A DNA stretch of 63,753 bases, the filler included, from Octopus bimaculoides (Eukaryota), in the NCBI RefSeq assembly GCF_001194135.2. It is 8 parts of 7 records of this genome, joined end to end, with 100 filler letters (N's around TTAATTAATTAA, not from the genome) between each part and the next. Parts side by side here need not be neighbours in the genome. Positions count along the whole stretch, not along the records: positions 1 to 13,605 come from NC_068981.1; positions 13,706 to 25,528 come from NC_068998.1; positions 25,629 to 32,047 come from NC_068981.1; 5 more parts are not named here. One strand, 5' to 3'. The notes below the pieces were generated by a model. It did no database searches, was not told where the DNA came from, and saw only the letters and a program-made list of their open reading frames with translations. Both the position numbers and the translations under genes were made by a program. Below are positions 13,331 to 27,146 of this stretch, in pieces; the stretch's first letter is position 1; every line of letters begins with the position of its first letter.

Positions 13331-13605
13331 TCAGCCATGTATTAAAGCTAACCAGAAACTTCATAGTGTTGGTGTTCTGCCAAAACTTCTCAGACCCCCA
13401 GACCATGTAGTAAACTGTCCAAGAGATGGATCTCTCGGATCCATAAAGACAGGATTTTGACTCAACAGCAGCAACCAGAGCACCCAGTTAAAGATAGTAG
13501 CAGTTGTCCAGCTGGCAGGAGAGAGCAAGGATTTAAAGAGAACTGAGTAACTAAGTTTCTCTCTCTCTCTTTTTGATTATATATATATATATATATATAT
13601 ATATA

Positions 13606-13705
13606 NNNNNNNNNNNNNNNNNNNNNNNNNNNNNNNNNNNNNNNNNNNNTTAATTAATTAANNNNNNNNNNNNNNNNNNNNNNNNNNNNNNNNNNNNNNN
13701 NNNNN
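13606..13705. other. Artificial 100-nt scaffolding spacer (44 N + TTAATTAATTAA + 44 N); linker also at 25573, 32092, 51022, 53231, 58333 and 61268
   Basis: The identical palindromic six-frame-stop 12-mer sits in the middle of N-runs of the same design seven times. Confidence 0.92.
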
Positions 13706-13975
13706 GGACAACAAAACATTCAGATAGACTATACAAAGAAAAGAAGGACGGGGCATTCAGAGTTTTCTTTCCTCAATCGAGTTCCAGACTATCTTTACAA
13801 TTTCGGCTGGTTATACTTGAGATTGCTCCAATCTGGACAGCCCCAAGGAAAAACAAATCTAAGAGCTAGCTTTTCCTTGGAAGAAAGCAGCGAATGTATA
13901 CAAAAACAAGAGAGGGAGAACGAAAGAATGTATGTATATATGTATGTATATATATATTTATATAAACCTGAGAAC

Positions 13976-14023
<48 letters not shown>

Positions 14024-14179
14024 GTATGTGTGCATCACTAAAACTTGAGAACTACCCAACCAATTTCATTCAAATTTTACACATACCTTACATAGGGTCC
14101 ATGCAGTGTTATGGACCAAGAATTTCAACCTCTTGCTATTGCGAGCCCAAAGCAAGTTCTTTCAGTATTGCGTGTCAAA

Positions 14180-16120
14180 AGTGAAACATGGCCAACACAA
14201 AAGCAACAAGACAAGATTCCAAAGGAGAGGAAGATCCTCATGAGACGATGGAAGAATTTTGCAAATCGCTTCAACCAACATTGCAAATGTAGCAAAAATG
14301 CCCGTATCAATCCTATGTGAGGGAGAGAGCTGACAAAGAAACCTGGGTTATAATAACTTTAAGTCAAACCGAAAGCCCTTCTTTCATTATTCGAAACAAA
14401 CAGTCTCAGTACGCTGCAAGATAGAACCTCTCTTCCAAAAGGATAGGTCCTTCACAGAAAGTCCAACCAGTATCAGTGTGGTACTGAATGACCAGTTCTA
14501 AAGTGTCTTTTCCACCCCGTTGAAACTCAGATAAATGAAGGAACCAGTGGCTTTCTTTGCCGCCTCACTTAAAACCAGCGAGGCAGTTACGATGGATTAC
14601 CTTGGCATTAGTGAAGAAGATATACTACTAGACATAGATGAGGTCGACGCTAACTCAACTGCTGATCCTGATGGTTTTCCAGTAATCCCCGTCAAATCGT
14701 GTAAGCGTGCCCTGGCAAAACCTCTACAGATTCTCTCCCAGAGCTTTCTTGCAAATGGAAGGCTTCCAAGCAAACTGAAGGAGGGAATAGTATGTCAAAT
14801 CCCTAAAATGGGAAGCAGAGCAGATAACAAAAAATATAGGCCTATCTTTCAGACTTCACATATCAATAATTTCATGGAAGGAGAGTTAAAGGGAAACTAG
14901 TCGCATTCCTTGAAGAAAAGGACATTCTAAGTGAAACACAGCATGGCTTTCGACCTGGTAAGAGCTGCCTGACCCAGCTCTTACAGCAATATAACTGGGT
15001 GTTGAGGCTGTTACTTAACATCTCAAATGTGGACGTAATATACCTTGATTTTGCAAAAGCTTTTGAGAAAGTGGATCATGGTATGATATGCCTCAAAGTG
15101 CGTGAACTCGGCATAGCTGTAAAACTTTGAGAGTGGTTACACGACTTTCTGAAAGATAGAAGTGAGGCTGTATTGGCCAATGAAAACACAAATAGTGAGC
15201 AGTATTCAACGGCCCACTGTCTTGGGACCACTGCTTTTCAAAGTGGCCTCTCTCAGATATGGCCTAAACTTCCCGGATAGCCACCCTTGCTAGCTGCGCA
15301 GACGATACGAAAGTCTCGCAGAAAATACAGAACCCAGCGATGTTGCACACCTGCAGAGGGAGTTGGACTCAATTTACCGATGGGCTAAGGATAATGATAT
15401 GCGGTTTAATGCTGAAAACTCCAAGCCCTACGCTACCAACGTCAAAAACTGAATATAAACCTTAGAGGGTACTCTGGCTCACAGGGGATTACAATCCCTG
15501 AGCCTAAATCAGTGAGAGATCTGGGTATCGACATGAGTTATGATACCTCAATCCAAGTGCACATTAGCAGGATGGCGACAAGGTGCAGATGACTGGTTGG
15601 ATGATTCCTGAAAATGTTTAGAACTAGAGAAAAGGAAACCTTGATGGTCTTCTGGAGGACATTCTTCCTCAGTCGCCTGCAGTAATATATATCTGGAAGA
15701 TCCTGGATGGAATTGTGCCAAATTTTGGCATTGAAAGCTACGCCAGTGCCAGACCGGATCGACACTGCACAGTGCCAAAGATCCCAGCAATGCCATCGCG
15801 CTTCAGGATCAGCTACTGCAACAGCCTAGGTTTCAGAGGCCCACAGCATTTTAATATTTTTCCAAAGAGCCTGATAGACCTAGACAACGTGCATGTAGGT
15901 GTTTTCAAATCAAAACTGGGCCTCTTCCTGTCGAGAGTCTCAAATAAACCTACCACACGGTGAGAGGTGCAAATCAGGGTAGCGACATAAAATTCCATTC
16001 TTCCCCGAGTTCCACCTATTAGAGGAGCCTCTCTGCAATAACAGTGTAGCAAAAGGGCGGTGCCCCGACATAGCCACATCTCTGAGCCGAAACTACAAAA
16101 AGGAAAATAGAAAAAGAAAA
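14180..16120 (+). mobile_element. 5'-truncated CR1-clade LINE remnant (RT and 3' tail)
   Basis: KSCKRALAKPL..., YRPI, QHGFRPGKSCLTQLL, DVIYLDFAKAFEKVDH, a degenerate YADD region, SLGFRGPQHFNIFPKSL. Multiple stops and frameshifts. Confidence 0.85.
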
Positions 16121-16129
16121 TATGTGTGT

Positions 16130-16325
16130 ATGTATATATATATGTCTGTGTTTGTATCCCCTCAGCGGTTGACAACCTGTGTTGCTGTATTTACGTCCCC
16201 ATAAATTAGACAATAGAATAAGTAATAGGCGTTCAAACAATAAATCCTGGGGTCAATTTCTTCGCCTAAATGCGGTGCCCCAGCATGGCCGCAGCCACCT
16301 GCTCGAAGCAAGTGAAACAAGGAAA
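16130..16325 (+). mobile_element. SINE family B, 3' half
   Basis: Body and GCGGTGCCCCAGCATGGCCGCAG tail. Confidence 0.75.
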
Positions 16326-18246
16326 AACTATGCCATTTATTCCCGAACAACGCCGGGTATCTCTGCTAGTATATTTATATGCTCGTCTCTCCAAAGTCTG
16401 TCTATGTGTCTTCGTGTTTTACAAAGAGGCACAGCCTATCACATCCATCAAGTTACAAAACAGGTTTGGTATCATGGCTGCGTTGGAGAAATGAATTTTA
16501 AAATGTTGTTTCCCACCACATCAAAATGTAAGTTTATAATATGTCTGGATAGATTAAAATACATATTTATTTTAATGTTTTGTAAATTATTGTTTTATTT
16601 ATTTTGGTATATCTATTGCCTGGGCATGTTCTGTCATATTTTCTGTTCTGACTCACTCTAGATTTTTTTTCTCAATCTATTTATCTCTATAAATGGATAT
16701 CTCACTCTTCCTATGTTTCTCTTTGACACGATCTTATCTGTCTTTTTCAGCATCTCGTTGTTTGCCTAAATTTAATGTGTCTATATAAGCTTCTTCTTCT
16801 ATGTAGATGTCTATATGAGTCTCTTCTTCTATATAGATATGTGTTCGTCTATAGATTTCACCACATCTCTCTGTGTATATTGTTGTCCAATTGTCTGGTA
16901 GTCATAATATCTTTCTTTTCTTCCACCTCTGCACTTTTCTTCCCTGTCTCTGTATCTCTTTTTAAAGTCTGCATTCATTCTCATTGTTTCCCTGTGTCTC
17001 GAAAACTTTACACTCTCAATAAATGTCGCTATATTTCTCCTCTTAAATCACACAGAAATATCTATCTCTCCGTCACATTTTACAACAAATTCTAATAAAA
17101 CCATTCTTCATTATTTTGCTTCTGTGGTAATTGATTAATTTTCAAGGATAATAAAAGACTTTCTAGTATGATATTGATTTCAAAATAGAAACTTTTCTTG
17201 TATATAGTGAGATGATTTCTTTTTTTAAGAATTTGATAATAGGATTTTCTCACAACAATAGAGAGATAAAAGGGGGAAAATAGAGGTGAGACAGATGTAT
17301 ACAGAAAGGCGGAAAGTGAGTGCAAATGTTTTATAACTTATAGATAATTGCATAAAATATACTTGATTGTTCATAACAATTTTATGTATTTTCCTAAGTG
17401 TAGTTTAGTGAGTGTGTGTGCGTGTAATCGTATATGCGAGTAAGTGTATGTATTTCACTCTCTCTCTCTCTCTCCCCCTCTCTCTTTATACGCACATACA
17501 CACATATATCATATATAATATCTTATATAACATATATGTCTACGACGCATGTTTGTAGGTATTAATATCTTCAGATACACCAGGGTAAACATGCTATCTG
17601 TCTGTACACTTGGAGTTTGTTATATGAATTTTAGTTGCATATTATTCATTTAGTGCATATGTGTAACATATACATACAACAGAAGATGCATAGATGGATC
17701 GAGAAATACATGTATGCAGATACACATATACATATATACACATATATGTATATATATATATATATTTGATAAATAAATTCAAAAAGGGATAAAACTATNN
17801 NNNNNNNNNNNNNNNNNNNNNNNNNNNNNNNNNNNNNNNNNNNNNNNNNNNNNNNNNNNNNNNNNNNNNNNNNNNNNNNNNNNNNNNNNNNNNNNNNNNN
17901 NNNNNNNNNNNNNNNNNNNNNNNNNNNNNNNNNNNNNNNNNNNNNNNNNNNNNNNNNNNNNNNNNNNNNNNNNNNNNNNNNNNNNNNNNNNNNNNNNNNN
18001 NNNNNNNNNNNNNNNNNNNNNNNNNNNNNNNNNNNNNNNNNNNNNNNNNNNNNNNNNNNNNNNNNNNNNNNNNNNNNNNNNNNNNNNNNNNNNNNNNNNN
18101 NNNNNNNNNNNNNNNNNNNNNNNNNNNNNNNNNNNNNNNNNNNNNNNNNNNNNNNNNNNNNNNNNNNNNNNNNNNNNNNNNNNNNNNNNNNNNNNNNNNN
18201 NNNNNNNNNNNNNNNNNNNNNNNNNNNNNNNNNNNNNNNNNNNNNN

Positions 18247-18292
<46 letters not shown>

Positions 18293-19724
18293 CATATATA
18301 TGTATATGCATATATAAGTGTGTATCTATGGGCGTGTATAACTATATGTGAGCATGTAAATAGGTGTACCTATATATCTATTCATATTCATATATTTATA
18401 TACACACCTATATAAATAATGTATTATAAAAGTCAATTATGTTTTGAATTTTACAAATTCCGAACCATGCCCCACTTTCTGAGCTCGCACACACAAATAT
18501 GCGCGCACACACACATACACACATATATAGTTTCTCTTTCCTTCTACCTGTAATTGTATCTGGAGCTACTGATTGGTGTCATTTGTATTATTCCTGTAAT
18601 TAGGTGCATGTTATTCAATTTTTTTATTTCATTATCTTGATTTCTAAATTAGTATTTACCGAATATTTCATTAGGATATCCATGACGTGGATCTTAGAAT
18701 GAAAATGAATGGAAACGCTCACTTTTGTGACTCAGAAAAGACACTTTATACTGACTGTTAAACAGCCGTCCACGAAGGCAAATGTGATTCTTACAAAAGC
18801 GAACTGAAGAATTTACCCAGAAATCAGTAGCCTTGTACCGATAAGGCAACTGCTAAGATTGCTTATTATATAATTTATACTAATGGAAAGACAAGAGAAT
18901 TGAAATATATATGGGAATTGGCATCCCAATGTTTACGTTTGTAAAACAGTTAAAATAGAACATTGGTGTCTCGTCACTCAGTGAAAATTTGTTTTCATTC
19001 ACAGTATCGGTCAGATTCAAGAAACTATAGGAAGTAATAAGTATTTCATGACCATTACAGTCATGTGTATATTTAGTTGGTCATCGCAGCTGATTCCTGA
19101 AAAAATGAAATGTTGACCTCATTATTACTTTAGTCGGTTGCATCTATCCATGACTAGGAGAGTTTAAGTGCCATAACAGGTTATTGACACACTTATGGAC
19201 CATTTCTAGGCAGACAACTGTTTAGCCTTGTCATACCGTCTATAATAAATAAAAAATCACATACCAATAGAACACTGAAGGCTGCATCTCGTAACATCAT
19301 CACGATCAAATTAATGATTGACCTTTTGTTTACTTATAAATCTGTCAATAATTGAACGATGTGCACACAATTTTAAGTGATTTTAAACGTATAGCCAATT
19401 TGCTCATTGTTGCGATAACTGCCTATGAAAGGATGCCATACCAACTCCAGTCTTGGTCAAATATAAGATTTTTCAGGCATCTCAAACCGTTCGTAAGGAC
19501 CTCTGATTGGTTTTTTCACAGGGAGTGGATATCATCTGTTAGCTTATAATGCTGCAGTAAATATGAGGCTTCGAGCCTCAGCGATGTGGCTAACGTTCTA
19601 CCATAATTACATATTCTGAAGGGTTGATATATATGTTTCTCAGCGCATTAGCCATTGTAGTGTGCAACTGATTTCCTTGAAGAGCGTCAGTTTCAAAGTT
19701 TGTGTCATTAGCGATAATAATGAT

Positions 19725-19870
19725 TTCAAATTTTGGACAAGAAAAGCAATTTCAGGGAAGGGGTACGTGGATTGCATCAACTAGTTCTCATTTTATGAAT
19801 CCCAAATGATTGGAAGACAAAACTGACCTCGGCGGAATTTGAACCCAGAACGTAAAATCTGACAAATTGC
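19725..19870 (-). mobile_element. SINE family A, degenerate
   Basis: GACCTCGGCGGAATTTGAACCCAGAACG is the reverse complement of the family A B-box region. Confidence 0.65.
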
Positions 19871-21361
19871 TGGTTACCTTCATAAGCGTGAATGTTGAAA
19901 GAAATATCTAGTATGGGAGTTCTATTTAGAATTCATTTTAAGATTCTTTTTCCTTACCACGGAGTTCAAAATAGAACTCACGAGGACACCTTCCAACCTC
20001 CTACCCATATCTTTGCTAACACATTATTTTAGATCTCGTATTATATGGCTTCGATTATTATCCTTTGTTTTTGCTCAATGATGATATCTCATTGAAGATA
20101 AAATCTCATTCTTGGTATTGAATCAAAATTATATTAGACATTATTAGGCATCAATATATTAGAAACAAACTAATATGAGAAATGATATATTATTATTTCC
20201 ACCTCTAGCAGTATTATAAAGATTGAGATAATATAGGTTACCACAGTGATGCCTATTATATTGGGTAGCGAATTATAAATGAACTTTCATAGAATACATA
20301 ATGTCACAAATTAGGCTTTGTTGCTGATTCAATCCGTTGTTCCGTCGTGTAACGCACATATAATGGGAGCATATTTCAGTCTTAGAATAGATATATCTGC
20401 TAACTGCTAACCTTCTGCAACAATTACTTAGCGATATTTATTTCCGACTCATTGCGTTTAGCGTCGAAATGGAGTAAAGGTTAGGTCTTCTTGGAGGAAT
20501 AAAATGACTCCCACTCAAATATTGTGATCGATTAATCGACTATAATGGCCAACCACAAATAAAACATCATACTCCATGTTTATGCCAAAAAGCACTTAAA
20601 ATGGTATATCAATATCATGATTCGTCGTTAGCTATATTGTAGACACAGGTGTTTGAATTACTTCACGAGTGCTAAATCTTACCACAATAATATCACCACT
20701 GTTCAAATTAACTGCGCTGAATCTCGCTGAATCTCGCAGAAATGTGTTCAACTCGACCATTGATTTAACCAAGTCGAAAACGTAGACAAAATGGAGATAT
20801 GCTGTTATCTCATACTAATTGCTGCTTGTACAGCGAATGAATTTGCAAACATGTGTCTGCCAGTCTTCAGTCTAAAAGATTTTGTGTGGACTTCGTTGGA
20901 TTGTTCTGTCTCTTCTAGATACCGTGTGGGCTTAATCGAAAAGTCACCCTTGCCACTGACTGTTTTTATATCTAAATCATTATATATATAGATAATATCT
21001 TTACCTCTTTTATCAATATATATGGTCAGCCAGGGAATTAAATCTTGGTTGATAAATATAGATCGACTCATTTTTCATTGTCATAATAATTCTCTGTTAA
21101 GATCTTAGGCGTATCACAAAATGTGGTGAGTTGTTTTATATTACTATTTTATTTTTGTTGTAGGTATTGATATATCCTTAATTTTTTTGCACTCTAGCGT
21201 ACAGTATCTGTTCAACATAAATTATATTTCGTTGCTGCAAAATCTAGTATAAAAAGAAAGTTCTTATATATTTTATAATGAATATTGTATTTAGTATACC
21301 AATAAATGCCATAAGTATTTTATTTGTGTGTGTGTGTGTATTTGTGTGTGTGTGTGTGTAT

Positions 21362-21406
<45 letters not shown>

Positions 21407-21474
21407 GCCGTCAAACACAAAAGGAAGGCGTCTTCAAATCAGGTATGACTCCATAATGAAGCATGGTCTGACGT

Positions 21475-23000
21475 ATTTATAACACGTGCTTTCACTGCAC
21501 TACCGAGCGACGTTCTGTGTGCCTAGGGTATGTGCTGTGGCGCTCTTATTTTTACTGTATTGAAAGTGTTTTACGTAGGATGTATGCGATACTTGTAAGT
21601 TCTAGTGTTTTTGTTATGTTTTTGTCTGAATGTTTTTTTTTACCATACCTAATGCGCCTACTATGATAGAAATTCTTTCTGTTTTCGGGTTCCATATTCG
21701 AGTTACCTATATTTCCAGAACTTTATATTTTGAAAGTTTCTCCATTTCATTTAGAGTTACCTCGTCATTTGCTAGTATTGATAAATTGATTAAAAAGCAT
21801 TTTTTCTTGGTGATCTCTGACAACTGTATCCGGCCTATTGTCTTTAATTTCTCTAACTGTGTGCATTGGCATATCACAGAGTGTGGTTGCTTTCCGATTT
21901 TTATTGTTATTCCATAATGTTGGTATAGATTCCAGTGTATATAGGTGCTAATTAAGTCGTGTCGGTGAATATATTCCTTCCTAGTCAGGACTGGTAAACC
22001 AGAGACAATATGATTTATTCTTACTTGTCTATTATCACATATTCCGTAGTTACTTGTATTTCTTTTCATTACGTGTTTTTGGTGATTTCTGATCAGAAAG
22101 CTTTGATCTTATGCTGCAATTAAAAATCTTTCAGTCTCTTCTTTGAGTCCTGAGCTTCTCAGCCATTGTTGCGATTTGGCTTTGTCTATTTCTTTTCTGT
22201 TTAGCTTAACTCAATATTTGCCATGAAAGGGTTTTTCTTGCCATCGTTTTATCATGATCCGTTGTTGATACAGTTTTAGATTGTATCTCAGTTGTTTTAC
22301 AGCAATTTTCTGTTTCTTCGTATTCTTCATAGTTGTTAGGTACTTCTTTTTGTATTTATCAGATTTCTGAAAGATTGAAAACAGTTTTCTTTTGTTTTGT
22401 CTATGTTTTGTGGTTATTTGCATTCGTTGTTCTTGCTTCTGAAGAAAGTATTAGCGTAGTCTTATGGTGGTTACTTTGTTATAGTTTTCTAGCTGTATGA
22501 GGCATCTAGCACCTTCGATACGTCGTATATATAACCTTTCTATGTCAGATTTTGGGCGGTGCATCTAAATCTTGCCATTATTTTTCTTGTTTTCATGTCT
22601 ATTTTGTTTAATTCATTCAGCGTCAAGTTAAGAATATGGTAGCTGTGAATTATAACAGCAACGGCTAGACTGCTGATAACTATTAACTTGGTTTTCGCAT
22701 TCAGCTCTGTTTCCAGTATTATGCTAACTCTTATATAGTATTCCTTTTTTATCTTCTCCTTCATTTGTGTGTGTTCTATCGTATCAAGTTCATTGATTCC
22801 TAAGTATTTGTATGTCTGACTTTGGTTTATTTCTCTTATTTCATTTGCTTTATCTACTGTGATGTTGTTACTCGTAACCAGTTTTCCTCTTTTGAGGGTT
22901 GCTTTGTCACATTTTCTAAGCCAAATTTCATGTCTATTTCATTGGTGAATCTATGTTCCGTTTGTAGTAATTTTTCCAGCTGTTCATCATGAATAAATTT
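21475..23000 (-). mobile_element. Dong/R4-clade non-LTR retrotransposon remnant (end of RT to restriction-like endonuclease)
   Basis: MKFGLE, KEKIKKEYYIRVSIILETELNAKTK, HIVSG.PVL..KEYIHRHD, RPDTVV and KKCFLI...EMEKLSKYK motifs. Frameshifted. Confidence 0.8.
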
Positions 23001-23544
23001 CTTATTGAGCAAGAGAGCCGCGAAAGCCATCAAAGTGAGACTGGGGTAAAATGTACCCATCTTAACTAGCCGTCCGAAATAAGGGTACTCCAGGCGCATG
23101 CATCACTGTCATATGTGCACGAAATGGTGATCTAATACCAAGATAAACAGTAGCACATGACCTTCCAGGTGGGGTCCAGTTAGAAATTTCTTCACTCTGA
23201 GTATCATATCCCGCACACAATGTTCCTTAATAAGTGTTGTATAAGGATGTTGTACGAAACAGCCATATTTGCAGAGGACAATGATTCAAATCTCAAATAA
23301 TTCCTCTCAACACATGTGAATGTTGCTCCCTCATTACTTCTGCTTCTGATCTGAGATGCACATATTGTCAGGCAGCAAATGGTATGTTCTACTGGTAAAA
23401 GTCAAATATCTGAGGAATAAATATGTGGTATTGAGCAGATTATTTACTGTAGTCATCTTTTATACCAAGACAAAGGAATGTACATGATAACATTTCCAAT
23501 CAGTTAAGATAAGAATATAGGAGAGCCAGTGTTTTGTACTGCAA

Positions 23545-23550
23545 CATGGC

Positions 23551-23614
<64 letters not shown>

Positions 23615-23690
23615 GTTATTATCATCATCATCATCCTCATCATCATCCTCATCATCATCATCATTATTAGTATTATTATTATTATTATTA
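23545..23690. repeat. Compound (TTA)n/(TCA)n microsatellite
   Basis: Direct reading of the sequence. Confidence 0.95.
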
Positions 23691-25281
23691 CTTATGGAGG
23701 TGAGCTTACAGAATCAATACCGCACAGGACAAATCGTTAGCAGCATCTCTTCCGGTCTTACGTTCTAAATTCAAATGTCACTGGCGTTGGCTTTGCCTTT
23801 TATCCATTCCCAGCCGATAAAATAATTATCAGCTGAGTCCTAGTTTCGATATCATCGACGTAGCTCCTCACCTGAAATGGTTGGCCTCATGCAAAAGTTC
23901 GAAATGTTTATTCTTGCTTTTGATGTTATTTTCAACCTAGTCGCTATATATACACAGTTTTGAGTAAGGCATCTCGATATATCCTGACATTTGATAGGGT
24001 TCCTGAGTGCGGCCTTTGTTTTAGTACTTTTGGAAAATTGTAACAGTATCTGAGTCGCAAAGTTGTTCTTGTGGAAGTATCGAATTAGAGGAGATGGTAA
24101 AAACAAACTTACCAAGCTCAGAATTAACGGTCATATCTCTAGAATGTGCAAGTGTGGAAGTGTAGTAATCTCTCTGTGCCAGCCAGTGGTGTGTATCTAG
24201 ATTGAGTAATTATCATGTCCGTAGAGAACAATAGAATAAGTTGCTCAGCATATCAGTCAGTTAACTATGCATCTACAATATGTATAATAATCTAAAAGGG
24301 TGACCCAACAGGAAATCGTTGATAGGGACTAGACTACAGAAAGCTGAACGCATCTTGTCTGTCAGTTAATAACTACATAGAACGGATTAGAATTTTAGCT
24401 AAACAGCATTCGGCAGAAAACAACTGTCAGCTTGTGAGATAAGACTGCGAGTATAATAGAATCAGCAAGGATTAGCAAAGAAATATCTGCAGTAAAACAG
24501 ATTAGAGAGAAAATTATCGAATTTAAAAAAGATAATTGAGAAAACTTAATGATGAGTGACGTGTATAAGGAGAGAGTGTGTTACAACCGTTTTGTCAATG
24601 CAAGTCCTGAAGTTGTTTAGTGAAAACGGCAAGGATATGAGGCCGCTTCATGGATCTATTTGGAAGGGACATAACACGACAGAGATTCTACACATGCGTG
24701 TATGTTGGACGAAGATAATAACACGCTACTTGAACTCAAGCAGACGTGTATCTTTTTAAGGGTCACATTGATCAATTGTGTTGATTGCTAGAACGGAGCT
24801 CATCCTATGCTTTGTGCCTAATTACAAGGTCAGGCACTCTTCTACGAGGAAGATGCAAGGTGCTGTGAAAGGTAAGTTGCATCAGCTGAGAGAAAGAGGC
24901 TACGGGTAATTGTGATAGACGCAAAAATGCCCAGTTTAGTTGTTTGCTCGACAAAACTAAGAATATTTCGTGCAATAACCGAGAGTGAATTTCCCAACTC
25001 TATAAGCCATAAAGCGGTGACTTTGCATCGCAACGACGCGATCATGAGGGACACAATATATATTTTCATCCTCGATTACTTCTAGATTCAGAGCAAGAGA
25101 TTTTGCGTCTTACAGATCGAGCTTCTGAAGTGCAGGGGCATGATTTTCCTACGACAATGTAAAATAGGGAATATAGTTGTTAAACCTGTATTTGGTGGAG
25201 AAATACATAGCTTAAAGTAATTGACATGTACATTTTCAATACAGTTTTCAGACGCCCTAGGGTATCAATGATAACAGTAAA

Positions 25282-25282
<1 letters not shown>

Positions 25283-25366
<84 letters not shown>

Positions 25367-25528
25367 TAGTTTTATTTTTATAACGTGCTTTCACTTCACT
25401 ACCGAGCGCAGCTCTGTGCGCCTTGGGTATGTGCTGTGGTTTGCTGTGGTGCTCTTATGTTTACTGTATTGAAAGTGTTTTGCGTAGAATGTGTGCAGTA
25501 CCCAGTAGTGCAATTTTCTGTATGTTAT
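25283..25528 (-). mobile_element. 3' end of a Dong/R4-like element with an (AAT)n tail, cut by a gap
   Basis: Minus strand encodes QKIALLGTAHILRKTLSIQ*, then a short 3' UTR homologous to 21475-21600, then ~20 perfect AAT units. Confidence 0.85.
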
Positions 25529-25681
25529 NNNNNNNNNNNNNNNNNNNNNNNNNNNNNNNNNNNNNNNNNNNNTTAATTAATTAANNNNNNNNNNNNNNNN
25601 NNNNNNNNNNNNNNNNNNNNNNNNNNNNATATATACACATACTGATATACATATATATATACATACATATATACATATATA

Positions 25682-25982
25682 CAAGTAATTGGCACTCCGT
25701 CAGTTACGACGACGAGGGTTCCAGTTGATCCGATCCACGGAACATCCTGCTCATGAAATTTACACGTATGTGTATCCTCGTGGTAATTCTCAGGGAGATT
25801 CAGTGAGATACAGTGTGACAAGGCCGACCCTTTGAAATATAGGTACTACTCATTTTTGCGTGCTGATTGAACTGGAGCAACCTGAAATAAAGAGTCTTGC
25901 TCAAGGACACAACGCATCCCCGGTAATTGAACTCATGACCTTATGATCATGAGCCGAATGTCCTAACCACTAGGCCACGCGC
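25682..25982 (-). mobile_element. SINE family D (tRNA head + CORE-like segment)
   Basis: GGCGCGTGGCCTAGTGGTTAGG A-box, GAGTTCAATTACC B-box, GTGTCCTTGAGCAAGAC CORE-like segment. The tail GGAACCCTCGTCGTCGTAAC recurs at ~38605-38645. Confidence 0.75.
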
Positions 25983-26013
25983 CCACACACACACATGCAC
26001 ACACACACACACG

Positions 26014-26055
<42 letters not shown>

Positions 26056-27101
26056 NNNNNNNNNNNNNNNNNNNNNNNNNNNNNNNNNNNNNNNNNNNNN
26101 NNNNNNNNNNNNNNNNNNNNNNNNNNNNNNNNNNNNNNNNNNNNNNNNNNNNNNNNNNNNNNNNNNNNNNNNNNNNNNNNNNNNNNNNNNNNNNNNNNNN
26201 NNNNNNNNNNNNNNNNNNNNNNNNNNNNNNNNNNNNNNNNNNNNNNNNNNNNNNNNNNNNNNNNNNNNNNNNNNNNNNNNNNNNNNNNNNNNNNNNNNNN
26301 NNNNNNNNNNNNNNNNNNNNNNNNNNNNNNNNNNNNNNNNNNNNNNNNNNNNNNNNNNNNNNNNNNNNNNNNNNNNNNNNNNNNNNNNNNNNNNNNNNNN
26401 NNNNNNNNNNNNNNNNNNNNNNNNNNNNNNNNNNNNNNNNNNNNNNNNNNNNNNNNNNNNNNNNNNNNNNNNNNNNNNNNNNNNNNNNNNNNNNNNNNNN
26501 NNNNNNNNNNNNNNNNNNNNNNNNNNNNNNNNNNNNNNNNNNNNNNNNNNNNNNNNNNNNNNNNNNNNNNNNNNNNNNNNNNNNNNNNNNNNNNNNNNNN
26601 NNNNNNNNNNNNNNNNNNNNNNNNNNNNNNNNNNNNNNNNNNNNNNNNNNNNNNNNNNNNNNNNNNNNNNNNNNNNNNNNNNNNNNNNNNNNNNNNNNNN
26701 NNNNNNNNNNNNNNNNNNNNNNNNNNNNNNNNNNNNNNNNNNNNNNNNNNNNNNNNNNNNNNNNNNNNNNNNNNNNNNNNNNNNNNNNNNNNNNNNNNNN
26801 NNNNNNNNNNNNNNNNNNNNNNNNNNNNNNNNNNNNNNNNNNNNNNNNNNNNNNNNNNNNNNNNNNNNNNNNNNNNNNNNNNNNNNNNNNNNNNNNNNNN
26901 NNNNNNNNNNNNNNNNNNNNNNNNNNNNNNNNNNNNNNNNNNNNNNNNNNNNNNNNNNNNNNNNNNNNNNNNNNNNNNNNNNNNNNNNNNNNNNNNNNNN
27001 NNNNNNNNNNNNNNNCGATTTGCTCGATTAAAGGCGGTGCTCCAGCATGGCCGCAGTCAAATGACTGAAACAACTAAAAGAATAAAAGAATAAAAGAATA
27101 C

Positions 27102-27146
<45 letters not shown>

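Noticed and set aside
13650-13661. Recurrent palindrome TTAATTAATTAA (7 copies) as a biological motif
   Set aside because: Always centred in N-runs of the same design; it is a six-frame-stop scaffolding linker.
24300-25100. Possible coding or retroelement remnant in a higher-complexity block (similar block at 52200-53090)
   Set aside because: No frame gave a recognisable motif; left unassigned pending BLASTx/Dfam search.
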